Source: Phoronis australis | Taxonomy: Eukaryota > Animalia > Phoronida | Direction: 5' to 3' | Assembly (NCBI GenBank): GCA_002633005.1 | Contig: NMRA01000051.1 | Span: 1-64,000, forward strand | Length of the DNA: 64,000 bases | Part shown: positions 24,601 to 38,500 of the stretch, in pieces | Layout: each line of letters begins with the position of its first letter | Position numbering within the stretch: position 1 is the first letter of the stretch | Notes under the pieces: generated by a model | What the model was told of the DNA's origin: nothing | The model's input: only the letters and a program-made list of their open reading frames with translations | The model's database searches: none | Translations under genes and position numbers: made by a program

Positions 24601-27600
24601 AAATGGCCACTCGCAGGAACCATAGTTGTCATATCCAGCCGAAAATCAATTGGTACCAGTGCAACCTCATAATATACCTCTGTGTCAAGTTTCAATGTAA
24701 TCTACCCATAGGTTCTCTAGATATTATCCGGAAACGCTATTCTTCCCAAAACAGCATTCGGAAAGCCCCTCGTCAAGACCAAAATGGCTACTAGATGTTG
24801 AAGTGATTGAATCCACCCGAAATTTTAATCATGCTGGCGCATTGATATCACACACCTTTGTATCAAGTTTCAGTGAAATCGTTAATACGTTCTCTAGAAA
24901 TCATCTGGAAATGTTCTTCCACCAAAAATACAGAAAAAGCCACGCCCCCTCGACCCCAGGGTGTGGGGCACAATGAAAAGTGGCATGAATCATTCTAGTG
25001 ATGCTCTACACCCTTTTGCCAAATTTCATCGAAATCCGACTAGGGGTTCTTGACAACCTAACAACCAGATGCCCGGACAAAGTGACGGCAATATGTGACT
25101 ACATGTGTGTGTGTGTTTGTGTGTGTGTGTGTGCGTGTGTGTTTAATTCCATCACCCATACTGACCACGGCCAAAATTGAAAGTCATAAAATGCATGGCA
25201 CGTAAACATTATCAAGTTCTTAAACAACCAAATGTATGGCAATAGTATTATTTAGTTATTTAGTACAAACCCACTCACCAACTGCAAGTTACCAGTCCAG
25301 AAGGCTATTGCTAAAGATGGTATAACCATGAACAACGCATTGTAAAATAATAGTCCATATTTTCCAACATCCTGCAAAAGTCATAAAAACACTTTAATGT
25401 CTAAAAGCACATAACAACATGGAAACCAAGATTAGGTAACTATATTCATCTGCGACTGGTTAAGTTCATTTACCCATCTGACTGTAAGATTTTAACATTT
25501 GCTGAAAATTTTTGAATTGTTGTCAGCTCCTGCACTTCCTTTTTAACCATAATAATCCACACTTCTTGTAAAATACAACTAGTAAGTCCTATAAAATGAA
25601 GTAAAACACAATTCACACGGTCTTGAATCCCTCATTACTGCTTTGATTTCACCCACGACTGATGAAAAGAACATTGTAATATTCCTCATTTTCGGATGGT
25701 TGATCTTGAGTTGTACAAAATCTAATTACCTAAAAATTAAACCTCTTGGCAAAAGCAACAAATGACATAACACTAACACCCACCAATGGGACACAGGAAC
25801 TGATAAAGCTCCCATTACTATCACCTTAGAGTGATTTTCCTTCCAAAACTAAATGTCCCTTGTAGTCTCTGGTAAGTTCAGCAAACCACTCTTTGACAGG
25901 GGATTTAAGGTTATCTCAAACCTTATTTAGTGACCTTCATTCTAACTCATATATAAAAAAACGAAGCTATGTCAACTAGTAAAAGTGCATATTTTCTGAA
26001 AGAAAAAAGATCATATTTATGTGCTATTATTATTTACGTCAACACCTTTTTAAGTCAAAATTTCATTTTTAAGAAAGCTACATTCATAGCACTGTCAACT
26101 GAATTTGCAGTGCACAATTAACTAAATTATCACAAATTTTGTTAGTAAGGTCAGTTGGCAATGAATCGAGTAAAACTTGCTTAGGGGAGGAGTTTACCTC
26201 TTGACCTATTAAAAAAGGTCAACAGTACTAGTACACAACACATGCCGAAGCACGCGCCTGGGACACTGAAAACCAAGAACAACATGTAGAATAGAAGTTG
26301 AGTATCTTCAGTTAATTAGTGTGTGTGGGTACGAGATCGAAACAGCAATTACCAGTGAAACTGAGTTAATTTGGGTGAGGATTTATGTTTTTTTCACAAC
26401 TTGCTGTGTTTGTGATACGCCAAACACAATGTAGTGACTCAGTGCATTCCTCATAACGTTATCAAATAACAGTTGTATGTACACAGACATGCAACTTACT
26501 TAGCATCAAAAATACGTCATGCCTTCATTTTTTTGTGGCATCTTCCCATGCTATGTACACTTCGTTAACTCAATCTTAAGGCGACTCGGTGAATGAACAG
26601 ACTGCGAATGGTGGGAAGTACACAAGCCAACTGGGAGATTAGATTTGAGTGACACCTCTGTAACCTTTGACCTTGTATACGATGTAAACAAATTTCCACG
26701 CGAATGAAAGTGGTTCTGCTAAATCTTTTTTCTCACTACACGGTATATGTTTCATATTTGAAGTTACCCGAGAATGAAGATGAGGTATTTTGCTAGACAT
26801 ATGTGAAATATTGCAAAAACAGCCAATTTTGTGAATAAAGTTTGAGATAATCTTAAGGACAGGTGCAGATGATGACAATATTTGACTTCATTTCATGAGC
26901 ACAAACAGTTTCAATTTAATTTGTACTGTCCAAAACCGTTACCTTGGCATCTAGTTTCTGTTTAGTATAGACACCATTACCAGCTGTACAAACATCATTC
27001 AACAATATGAGAACATAGCCAGTCAGATCAAATGCCAGATCAGTACTGAAATGAACAAATCACTGGTTACATGACATTAGACAAAACTATCAAAGACAAA
27101 TGAAACTGAAATGTTCTCAGCACAAAATGCCAAAATAATGTTTTCTTTAATCTTAGCTCTAATCAAATCTTACAGTAAAACTCACATAAGTCAGACATGA
27201 ATAAGGTAGATTTTTGCTTATCTCCGACAAAGGTCTGCTGAACAGTTGTCCTAGTTCGTGTATTCGGCCTTCCAGAGAAGCCAGATTTTGCTTCAATGAG
27301 ATAAAATGTCTTGGTTCAGTTGCATCTGACTTAATCGAGTTACAGTAACAGTTCTGAACTCAATATAATTTGGATTTAACATGACGTCATCTGATGCAAA
27401 ATTCTTAGCAAATATCAGAAGGTGGCAAATGATGTAATTTAACAGCCCAAATACACAGTGACCTTCATCGGCTATGATGGTAGACAAGTTAGCTTTACAG
27501 GACATGTCTCCTGCTCTTAAGAGCTCATTTTTAGAAGTGGATGGAGGGAAGTAGTAAACAAAAACCATAACAATAATGCCGACATTATGACATTTCTGGG

Positions 27601-30600
27601 AATGTGCAAACAGTATCTGGTAATCTCTTCACTCTCGTACAAAAATAATTGCCAAACAGGAATACTTTCCATTTTCAAAGGTTGATTATGTTGGACAGAA
27701 ATGCTGTGATCAAACAGTAATTTATCAGAAAAACACTTTGTTACTGAACATTCAAAAGTTAGTGGCCGATTAATCAACCAGGCCTGCTGTTGTCACAGTG
27801 ATGCCCCTTTCTATCCAGAGAAATCATTCAAATCACCATGACAACAGCACATGGCTGGGTAAATAACACAGGTCATCAAGTGGTACCCAAGCAACAAAAC
27901 TGTGGGCTTTTTTGAATACCAGGCTTTTGAGTGCAGTATCAATAAGATAATACATTCTAGTGCTAGCTTGCATAGTAAATGTGACTGTAAACAGAGTCAC
28001 TGTCTCACCTGGCAGCAATAAGAGCACCAAGTATCATGGACATCACAGCAATCTTGACTTTTAGGGATGCAGTCTTCCTGTAATCAACCAATAGTAGTAC
28101 ATATTACGCAATCATTTTCTTTCTGTTACAATGGCAGATTGATGTCAAACCCAGTGCAATCACATATTGATTGACATTAGTTTTCAACTCTTCAATAATT
28201 GATCTAAAGTTCATAGTATAAGTCACTATGAAACTATCACATTGCATGTTATATGGTTGGCTTATGAGCCGGGTTTTGAAATCGCTCAGCATCATGAAAA
28301 TACTCAAGACATGTATGGTACAGATGTTTGTCCACAAACCAAGAACATTAAATGTGGCATCATTATCATGTGACGATAAGCTGTTGTATTCCAGCTAGTC
28401 ATCATACTTACCCTAATATAACCTGCTCAGCTATCATGGTCATTAGGATAGAGAACCGTCGTAGTACTGTGAACATAGGTAGACTGAAAGGAAAGACAGT
28501 ATGTAAAGTAGACATTACAAGGAAGTATAGACAACATTGTAACAAGTTATGAATGTGGTGAAATCAGGGTAATTAACCATGCAATGCGAATTTCAGCAAA
28601 AATGCAATCACTGGTGGACCTAGGAAGGGTGTTGCAAGAGGGTAGCCAACCACAATTTCGAAGCAAAAAGTCTATGTGAATCTTGAAAACAGAATGTTGG
28701 TCAGTTTCCGGTGAGGGAGGAGCTCGGCTATCTTGTTTCCTTGAACCTGCTACAATGATGAACTATCTTTTTACCTGACACTCTTTGTTCCACCCAGTCC
28801 AAAAACTAGATTTCCTATGTAAAACAGCGGCAATGGCCATACCTGGAAAACATTGGTAGCACTTAATAATAATAATGAATGTATCGAACATTGAAAAGAC
28901 ATGACATTGACAAATGGTTGATAACAATAATAATAATAACAACATTAATAACAATAATAATACATAAATAAATAAAATTACTACAATGCATTGAGGAATG
29001 CTTCATTAAAAAAGTTTCACGTTGTAAGGGATTTAAATGCACTTAGTTATAGATGATCTTATTTTGCATGGTACGGAATTCCACAAAGATACCAAGGCTA
29101 AATAGAAAGCATACTAGCCATACATTGCATTCATCCATGATGAAGACAATGAAAAAATATCTGTAATGCAGTCATAATTTTGAAGAAAAAAATTGAATGT
29201 GTGATGAAATTTTACCTGGAAGCTATGGTAAAATGACTCAGAGTCATAATTGTTGGAACGATTATGGAATTAGGTATTTACAAACACTGAAATATTAGAC
29301 AGAAATACCAAAATGTTATGAATACACACAAAAATATTTATAATGCGAAATAAATCTCTTACCTTCTTGATAACATCAACAGACAGATCAGGAAAATTAA
29401 CAATTCCACACTTCTTTCCTAAATACAAAACTGTAATGGCTGCTAGTATCTGGCCTAGTCCAAGAAATTGATATGAAGGAAACCTACAAAAGAAAAATGA
29501 ATACAATAACAATTTTTTATCATTTCAGTTTCACTTGAAAAATATTACTCTGTGGTGTAGTGGTTAAGGTGCTGGATTCAAATATATCTGTAGTTTTTTC
29601 AGGAATCGTGGGTTCAAATCCATCCTCGGACAATAAAAAAATTACACCATGTTGAGTGTACCACATCCGTGCTTGTTCTTCTAAGAACGCAGGAACATCT
29701 GACAATGGCCGGAGAATAGACCGACCGAAACGTCGTGACAATGTAAATAGACAAGAGGTCGGTGTAAACAGACCAAGAGATTTTAATAATAGTTGTAAAA
29801 CAACTATTACAAGAAAAAATCATTATAATTTAGTGTAAATGCATCAATTTTACAGTTATCTACAAAACAAAAGTTGACAAGGTACAAAACACTGACTTTC
29901 TATTACTGTTAACTTCTTTAGACAGACGACAACGAAATTTTACTTGAAAAGTCAAAACTTGTACACACATCCAGTGTGGACAAAACCACAAAACCTCTTC
30001 ATCTTTAAGTGCATACTTCCTCCCGTTTCAATATCTCCCTTATTTAGTAGGAATGTTGTTAAACTGGGGTACATGTCTTGACTAAATGAGGTATTTGAGA
30101 TATTTGCATATGCATATGCATGTACATGGATTTTTTATAACATAGGAGAGTGCAAATAACAGTTGTCTTGTATTTGGTGATCAACTTGAATATTTTCAGA
30201 TTGACTGTTGAATCAAAAGTTTTCAACAACAAACAAAATGTGGAACTCTAATGGCACGAGATACCAATCTAAGGTACCTGATGGATATTTCGCCATTGTG
30301 GGTAAATAGAGCAAGATTCAAGTGTCTGAGGTCAGATCTCATTATTACGGTGGCCCAAAGATGACATCGCGTGTTTTTTTTTAATTGTCTTGGGTTCTTG
30401 AGATTCGGACTTAATTATCTCGGGATCTCAAGATCCAGGGATAATTTGATTCTCGTTCAACAATGTCATACAAACAGCAACAATATCATGTTTGTTGCTT
30501 CACTTACTTAAGCCTGGACTCCTTAACATGAGCCTTAACTGTGTTAAAATGATGGTATAGTTATGGTTCTTTAGCAATAACAATAGAATTTCCAAGTGCT

Positions 30601-32819
30601 TGCATCACAGATTATGGTAATCTTCAATCAAGTCATCCATTATTGAGTATCTTGTGAAAGGTAATTAAATGTTACAGGAATTGCGCAAATAATTTTCGAT
30701 GTAACCTTTTTAACCTGGGTGAAAATGTTTTCCATTATGTTGGCACTTCCTTTGACTTCTTTATCAAGTTTGTTCTGTTTACAGGGCTCGACGCTATGAA
30801 AATCGCCAGGTCGCATTTTGCAACCAAGCCGAAATCCTAGGTCGCATTTTCAAAATCCAGTTCCCATTCATTAATTCCAGGTCGAAAAAATTTTCCACCA
30901 TTTTTCCATACCAAAATTCGCTTTTAGGTCATCAGAAAATGCTTAGATTATGCTCTTGCGACGTTAAATACTCCCAAAATTCATGTCGCAGAATTAAATT
31001 CTTACATGCACATCATGCATGCACGGCGTTACCGTTCTTCACTACCGCCATCCAGTGAAAGACCATGAAGTGCAAGGCAGTTGCCCACGTGAAAGTTAAA
31101 TCAGAGCTCTCTAACCGACACATGCATTCAATTAGCTAAAAGGAGAAAATACTCGTTGAAAAAGTATCCACTTTTCTAGAATTGACTTGCTATATGACTG
31201 TCATCAAAGTGGTTAAAGATACAAAGATTGATAACTCTGAGTGCAAATTCCTTCCATTAGTTCGCAGGCCAAACTTTGCAACTTGATTTGAAAAAAATTG
31301 ATTTGAAAAAACATCCTGTTGGAAGAAATCTGTAAAATGTTGCCCTACTCGCTGAATGGCGTATTGATGCGCGGAAACAATTTACTGCAAATTTCACAAC
31401 AAAACATGTGGGTCTTATGCTGTTTATGTATTCATCAATTAGTTTTCCATGAAAAGAAAAGCCTGGACATGATTTCCGACTCGATGTGGGTTTCCATTGT
31501 TCAGCCGAAAGTAAAGGCATGTCCGTCATTTGGCAATTAATTCAGTAGTCATTTTCATGTTTGCTGTCTTTCGCGATAAAAAAACGAGACACACTTTTCC
31601 AAGTCACAATCATCTGCCGGGACCACTTTGCAGCGCTAACAGTGGAACCGACCAGTGCTGCATGCATGCAGTAAGATAAGATATCAGGCATATTGCCAAG
31701 GGTGTAGCCATAATTTGATATTAAGGACACCTTACATGAAAAAAAAATGTTTTTCCACCACTAAGCTTGGTAAGTTCGTCGTTTAAGACTCAGTGGAAAC
31801 TGCTGCTTTCTGACGTTTTATCACGTATTATTCCGAGGTCTGAAACTATTTTCGACACATCCGGAAATTCGCTAAAAAGCCGAAAATATTGGTCGATGAA
31901 ATGCGTCAAAGACCAATTCTGTATTCCCTTGTTGACGCGACATGTCTACAAGTCATCAGGAGGGCTGTTCTCGGTTAGTGTTCTTTTGAACTTGATTTGG
32001 CAACAACCAAATAACGGTCAGGAATCACACGAGTTGCTTTACATTTCCATCTGTCGCGAAGTTTAAAAACTCAGCTCACATACGTTGGAAATTCCAGGTC
32101 GCATTTTGCGACTTAATAAAAGATGGCCAAAATCTCAGCTCGAAATTTCAGGTCGCAATGAGACCTGCAGCTCGTTATGTCGAGCATGGTTTATATACAG
32201 CGACACTCAGAGGAAGATTAACTTGGGATCTTGAGAAAATTAAGTCGGGATTTCAAGAGTCTGAGATAATTAAGTCAGGAGCTCGACATCCTGAGATAAT
32301 GAAGTAGGAATCTCACGATCCTGAGATAATTGAAAAAGAAACGCGCGATGTAATTTTTGGTTGGGCCGCGGAAACGGTAGATTGTGTCATTCAAATTCAA
32401 TAGGAAAATGGTAGAATTTGTCTCAAACATTCCAGCATATAAATTCGCATAACTTTTGAGCCACTTAACACCCTAGAATCTTAATTCATATGTCCGACTA
32501 TCACTGTCTAGTTATGGGACACGTATCACATTTGGACATATGCCACATATGGCCATGTGCAGTGATATATCATATCAGTGCCAGTGGTCAGTCACTCAGT
32601 GATATGCCTTTCACTGAGATAGACCTGTGAACCAACAACCCCAAGGCACTGATAACTAAAACGAATCAATATGGTGAAACAAATGTATCAACAACTAAAC
32701 TTTCATACTCACTTGTAACTTGTCAACACAATTTTGTTTACAATGATAATAAGAAAGGAAGAAATTGCGTAAAACAAAGCTGCTCCAATTTTCTTGAACC
32801 TGGAGTCCCCCTCCGCCAT
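21678..32819 (-). CDS. SLC35D1: UDP-sugar transporter, SLC35D1/D2 (fringe connection / sqv-7) family, complete, 330 aa
   Basis: Exons 32819-32713, 29483-29363, 28842-28775, 28483-28412, 28077-28009, 27045-26943, 25371-25279, 23744-23598, 22313-22231 and 21807-21678 total 993 nt with GT-AG junctions in phase. Motifs [84 protein letters not shown]. Likely co-ortholog of vertebrate D1 and D2. Confidence 0.94.
22823..22873. repeat. 17-bp tandem repeat x3
   Basis: gcatgttgaccttgatg repeated. Confidence 0.85.
23085..23334. repeat. 18-bp minisatellite, about 14 copies
   Basis: gtagtctctaactactgt in tandem; explains the VVSNYC ORF. Confidence 0.95.
24150..25100. mobile_element. Satellite-bearing Helitron/Helentron-like element related to 8400-9870 (opposite orientation)
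   Basis: Repeated g[a/g]ccac[t/a]ag motifs and tgtgtcaa[g/a]tttcat.gaaatc motifs; followed by (TG)n at 25104-25142. Confidence 0.55.
25905..26430 (-). mobile_element. Internally deleted copy of the 15701-16698 element
   Basis: Reverse complement matches 15740-15790, 16250-16330 and 16615-16698; ttaa|gg terminus near 25905-25910. Confidence 0.6.
29547..29640 (+). mobile_element. tRNA-derived SINE head (degenerate)
   Basis: A-box tgtggtgtagtggttaagg and B-box gggttcaaatcc; stems broken. Confidence 0.5.
30347..32370. mobile_element. Foldback-type element with long inverted termini built of ~30-bp subterminal repeats
   Basis: Left arm cggtggcccaaagatgacatcgcgtgtttt...gacttaattatctcgggatc is inverted relative to the right arm 32215-32370 (gatcctgagataatt..., aaacgcgcgatgtaa...ttgggccgcgg). 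Confidence 0.65.
30782..32188. mobile_element. hAT-like element nested in the foldback element
   Basis: Ends cagggctcgac / gtcgagcatg; subterminal ccaggtcgcattttgc repeats at both ends; gttta on both flanks. Confidence 0.55.
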
Positions 32820-34086
32820 CTTGAAATAAATATAGAAACCACGTGATCAAGTGGGATTTCCTCTACTCCGTGCTGGGGGAAGCTGCACGGTGACCGCCAT
32901 GGAGTACATCATTAGAACAAAGTGCGTGAGGAATCACTTTCATTTTTGGCGAGGGTTTCTCAAGCTGCATACCGGGGTTTTTCGTGGATAAGCCCATGGG
33001 CGTGTATTCGGAAAATGGAACAATTTAGGCGTTTTAGTAACACCAAACACACCCCCGAGCGTTTATTCGCAAAAGAGAGCTGTAAGTGGAGAATTATAGT
33101 TTTGGCTAAGTAACTGCCAGCTGTGTTTTTAAATTTCATGTTAATAAATAGTTCGCCAACATTTTGTTCGTTTTTATAAATGATAAATGCTCCACAAAAC
33201 TGAAATGTGACTAAAAGTTGACGATGATTGGGGTTTTGATAAACGCCCACTACTTGACACCAAGGGCATTTCATTGTGTGGGCTTATCTATGGAAAATCC
33301 CGGTACCCATCAAATGCAAGATCAGTGGAAAGCAAATATTTCATTAACGACGTCTAACAATATTCGCAGCGCTCACGGAAAGCGCTTATCTTATTGCCAG
33401 AACGGAAGGCTTTTTTAGTTAGTTAGTTAGTTATTGATTTCAGAGTGCTAGTTTTACGTATTGACAATCCCAAACACAGATTTCTGCTTTAAACTCCTAA
33501 GCTATCCCAGGATTGAAGCAATATCCAAAGAACACCAATTAATACTGAAAATTTCTTTGGGGGTGCCTAAACTCAGTACACGTCGCTGGAGAGCTAGTTT
33601 TTCTTACCTACCGGAGGTTCTGTGGAACAATTAACAGTATTGTCGAGCATGGCTCTCATAGCTGGGGGCTGCACTGACAACAAAATAATGTTCCCCCAGC
33701 AGCGACGCACAAAACAGAATTGCGCCAACAGGTGTCAATTTAGAAGCATGGGGCGAAACAATGACGTTGAGGCAAGCTGGACACTTTTGGCTTGTCCCCT
33801 CTACAAAAGTCAAGTTTGCAATGCATATTTTGAGAAAAAATTTTAGACTTAAACCAACTGCTATAACCTCATAAAGTTATTCCAAAGCTGAAATCACATA
33901 ATATAGATCATGAATAAAATATGCGTGGGAAATTGATATTTTGAAATGGGCAGAACTCCAACTATTTTGGCAATTTTATAAGAAATTTCACTGACATAAT
34001 ATTTCAAGTGAGTAATTTGTCCAGAAAAATATCTAGGAATTTAAATACTTTGTCACGTTTTTCCCCGTGTGAGGGTGAGCGCAGGT

Positions 34087-34710
34087 TGTTACAGACCGTT
34101 GCTAACAGCTGTCGGTGTGACGATAGACTGAAGACTGGTCGTATCCCGAGCATACTACTCAAACAAAATGTCCGACATAATGTCTGTTCTGTGTTCCAGC
34201 GAAGCCTGGACATGTGACTGAACTTCTGAGACACTTTCAGCAACTGTAACACTCGCTGATTCAACAACCTGCTGTCTCTATAACTGACTCTCTATTGACT
34301 ATCGCTGTAACTGCTGATTCTCTTCAATGCAACTCAACTGTAACTCTTTTGTAACTAACTAGTTTTCAACTTTTAACTAACTGTCACAAACCTTGTTCCT
34401 GGGTATTTATAGCCTCATGTAATGTTCTAGAACTTTTCATCAGTTCAAGCACATTCTAGAACTTTCCTGAATCTATCCAGTCATTATACTATCATATATC
34501 AGGCTCTAGAATGTTCTGGATTACATTAATCACTTAGTAGATGCTAGAATCTTTTAGAATGCTCCACACTATTCTTTGGTAAACAAATTACATCATCATT
34601 GTCCTGACCTTAGGGGTCATGCCAATCAATAACTATCTACCAGAACACAAATAGAACAACAGAACAAAACAATAAAATTAACAACAGTATTAGTCCACTC
34701 AGTCCTGGCA
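34087..34710 (-). mobile_element. Solo-LTR-like segment
   Basis: TG...CA boundaries (tgttacag... ...ctggca); minus-strand TATAAATA at 34411-34404 followed by agtt-rich repeats. No matching TSD seen, so the right boundary is uncertain. Confidence 0.45.
34404..34565 (-). promoter_or_regulatory. TATA box plus clustered heat-shock elements (nGAAn inverted arrays)
   Basis: Perfect 4-unit HSE TTCtaGAActTTCctGAA at 34454-34471. Partial HSEs at 34425-34438, 34504-34521 and 34547-34564, all upstream of the minus-strand TATAAATA. Confidence 0.6.
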
Positions 34711-35379
34711 TACTTTTACTTGGGAGAAAGTTGTACGATTAATTATAATTTTAGGTATTCGTTGTTTATCTAATTATTATCTTTTTTGAAGAAAAATAGC
34801 ACTAAACCGTCAAAACCAAAAGACTTCTTGGGATGAAGCTCTGATATTATTTTGTTAAGCTACTGATACTATGAGGAATCATTAGTTTTATTACTAAGAA
34901 AATCTGGCATCAACTTTTGTAGGAATAAGAGATTCTAGTCATATACAAGTATCAGTAAAGTATTTATTGAAGCATTAAGCAATTTCAATTTTGCTTGTTA
35001 TATAAAGAGTCTTTTGTTTTGATGTACTGTGTAAAAGCATAAGGCCGAGGGCCATTGGTGAGAGATTTAATTGTTTTCCAAGTTTTACAGATCCGATGTC
35101 ATTTGTGTTTTGGCTACATATGGATTTCACATTTGCAATGACAGACTGAAGCATTTTATTGTATTGCTTTAATTTACTGAATAAATGCTGTGAAAGATAG
35201 GTCGCAAGGATGAGGTGCAATGTTTCTGGCAGAGCTTATCTCTCGGTTTAATAGAAACGAGTATACTATGGGTAATCCATTCGTTACGTTTGTGTTTATA
35301 TTTATTGGATTTCGTAGTAACATGAGTTTATCGAGTAAGTCCAGTCGGTATTGAGCGAGTCGGTAATTGTGACAGATAC

Positions 35380-35591
35380 AATGTTGAAGCTGGAAATTTA
35401 ACTTCTATCATTATTATTGAGTAAGTAATATGAAATCAATTGATTCCATTTCATGTGCAATTTATAACCTTCGTGTTATTTTGTTCAGTAGCTGAAAACT
35501 AGAGAAAAAAATCCTCAACTACACACTCTTGATATTTGTAAGTTCAGAAAATATTGTGAAAGGCGATACGTCATAGTAGGAGTAATAACAA
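35380..35591. repeat. 212-bp target-site duplication, left copy
   Basis: Identical by eye to 39152-39363. Confidence 0.92.
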
Positions 35592-38500
35592 GAGAGAGGT
35601 TGTTTATTGCACTTGGAGCTAAGCTCATTTGTACATATTACATTGCAACATTTGGTATAGGTGGCAATTTCATGTCCGGGTATTCAATACATATATACAT
35701 ATTTACACGTTACAATGTTAGAGTTTCCTGTCTAATACCATAAGCCTTTAATATAAATAAGGATAGTCTTTTCAAAAGATTTCCAGAGTTTGTTTTGAAT
35801 AAGTATTTGACGTTTTCGATGTCTGTATGCTGTCGGGATATTTCTGGTAAAAAATTCTTTCTAATGTCGTTAAATACGGGGCAGTTAAGTAATAAGTGTA
35901 TTTCGTCTTCAATTTCTGAACGGTTGCAAATTTCGCAAAGTCTATCTTCCTTTGGAATGTCATGGTGCCTACCAGTTTCTATTTTCAGTTGGTGTCCAGA
36001 GCACCTGAATTTGGCTAAAATTCTACGTAGAGTTGGTGGTAAACTGTAAAGATATTCTTCACAAGATAAATCTGTTTTGATAATAGAGTAAAATGAGCAC
36101 TTGCTAGAGCTCTGCACTGATGTCCTCCATTCTTGGGCAGCACAATCCAACAATCTTTGCTTAAATTCTGATATAAATAAATCAAAGTTACCCGGTCCAC
36201 TTATCCATACCTCCCCAAACCCGTATCTGAACAAAATATCTTTAACTGCACTGGCCCAATTTGCTCGTCCTTTTTCACAGTCTTCCCGCAGCATCCTGTA
36301 ACTTTTCTTTGGGTATCTGGGGTTATTCATCTGTAGAATTTTGGTCCAGTAGATTATTGGTCTGCACAAGTATTTCACAGATAATAAATGCCTGCCGCAT
36401 TCTCCTCTGGCCATAACGTTACTTGTTTTCTTTGGGACACCAGCAACCCATTTACAGAAATCATTGTGAACACTTTCTATGTCTTTCGAATATACTGTAC
36501 CCCATATCTCAGCACCATATAACAATATAGGAGCTACCATACTATCAAACAATTTAAAACATACATGCGGGGATTTACAATTCACTTTGGTTAAACATGC
36601 TTTTAACATGTTCATTGCTTTTCTAGCTTGTAAAGCTGATATTCTACAATTTTCATTCCATTTTAATCTGCAAGAAAATGTCACACCAAGGTACTTGTAA
36701 TAAGATTTCGTTTCTACCGATTTCTTATTGTAGAACCACCGTTCCTGTGCCGACAGAGTCCCACCTCGCTTGAAGACAACAATATTTGTCTTATCAAGAT
36801 TAACACAAAGACTCCAATCCACACAGTAGTTGTGCAATACATTTAATTTCCTCTGGAGACCAGGCACTGTGTCCGCCACAAGCACCAAATCGTCCGCAAA
36901 CAATAACGAACTTAATTCACAATCATCACACTTGATACCTCGTCCTCCATTTTCTTTGACCTCTGACACCAGTCCGCTAACAAAAACAGAGAATAACCAA
37001 GGACTCAGTATACACCCTTGTTTCACACCTCTCGTACAATCAAAATAGGGTGTGATTTGACTCTGTATTCTCACGCACGATTTCACTTCAGCATAAATAT
37101 TCCTCAGGAGATTGAACACTTTCCCGTGGAGATTATTTTTTAACAAACAATAAAACAGACGTGTAGTTTCTAGGCTGTCAAACGCCTTGCTAAAGTCCAC
37201 AAAGGCACAGTACATTTTTCCACCTCTTTTTGATAAATTTATGTGGGCCAAAGCTTGTAGAACAAAAATGTTATCCACGGTCGAATAACCCGCCCTAAAT
37301 CCGGCTTGTTCCTCAGGGATACATTGCATTGCATCCGACCACTCAATCAGCCTTCTGTTTAATATTGATGTAAATAGCTTGCTTATGCTATCAATTAAAG
37401 AAATTCCCCTGTAATTATTTGGGTTATTTTTGTCTCCTTTCTTGTAAATTGGAACGATTATACTCTTTCTCCAGTTCTCCGGGAATTTTCCTGTCGCCAG
37501 TACCTTGTTGAATAGTTTGCATAACACTTCAAGGATGTCACCAGTCAGTGCTTTGAAGAGTTCATTTGGAATACCGTCTTCTCCAGGGGTTTTGTTGCTT
37601 TTAAGTTTATTTATTTCCTGATTGATTTCGGACATGTCAATTTCTTTATTAAGTTGTACCAGGATTTCATCACCAGGTGTGTTGGCACAGTCATTGCAGC
37701 TTTCGTCGTGCTCTCGCATTTCGTCCAGCAAATTATTAAGGAATTCTCTGTTTTCCCGTACAGGCTCAGTGTTCAAGAGTTTTTCAAAATAGTTATACCA
37801 TTCCTTCGACGAAATATCCGCTTGTTGAATATTGTTCGGATTTATGATTGACTTCACGTTTGCCCAGAATATTCTTGGATCTCTCACTGAATCACATAAT
37901 TTCTTTTCCATTTGTTCGTTATAATTCTTCTTTTTTTCACGACAGGTTTCCTTAAATTGACTTTTCGTATCAATATAATTACGTAGTGTATCCACACACT
38001 TTGTGGATCTGAAAAGTTTCAATAAATTATGTTTTTCTATTTTCTTTTGCTCGCAAACGTTGTCGAACCACCTTGGCTGCTGCCTGTTCACTGCGGGTTT
38101 ATTGCTTATTTTCATGTCAGCGCCGCAAGCGTGGAATAATTCATTTATTAAATTAACTGCTTTGTTAATATCCATATCGATGGCTGAAGATATTTGGGAT
38201 AATTTCTCGGTGGTGTCAACGCTGCCCAGTCTATCCTTAAAACTTGAAGATTTGTGTGGCTGCCACTTCAGTCGGTGCAATGGGGTTGTTCTGACACTAG
38301 TGTTCGATCCGTCTGTATCAGCTTCCGTATGTTCTAGATAACGTAGAGTACACATGATAGGGAAATGGTCTGACTGGTCGTAGTTTAATACTTCAAAGTC
38401 ATTAATATATTCGAACAGAGATGCCTCGGCAATAACATAGTCAATAGTGCTGCATCCTCGAGTGGAGACGAACGAATAGTTTCCTTCTCTGTCTGAGGGG

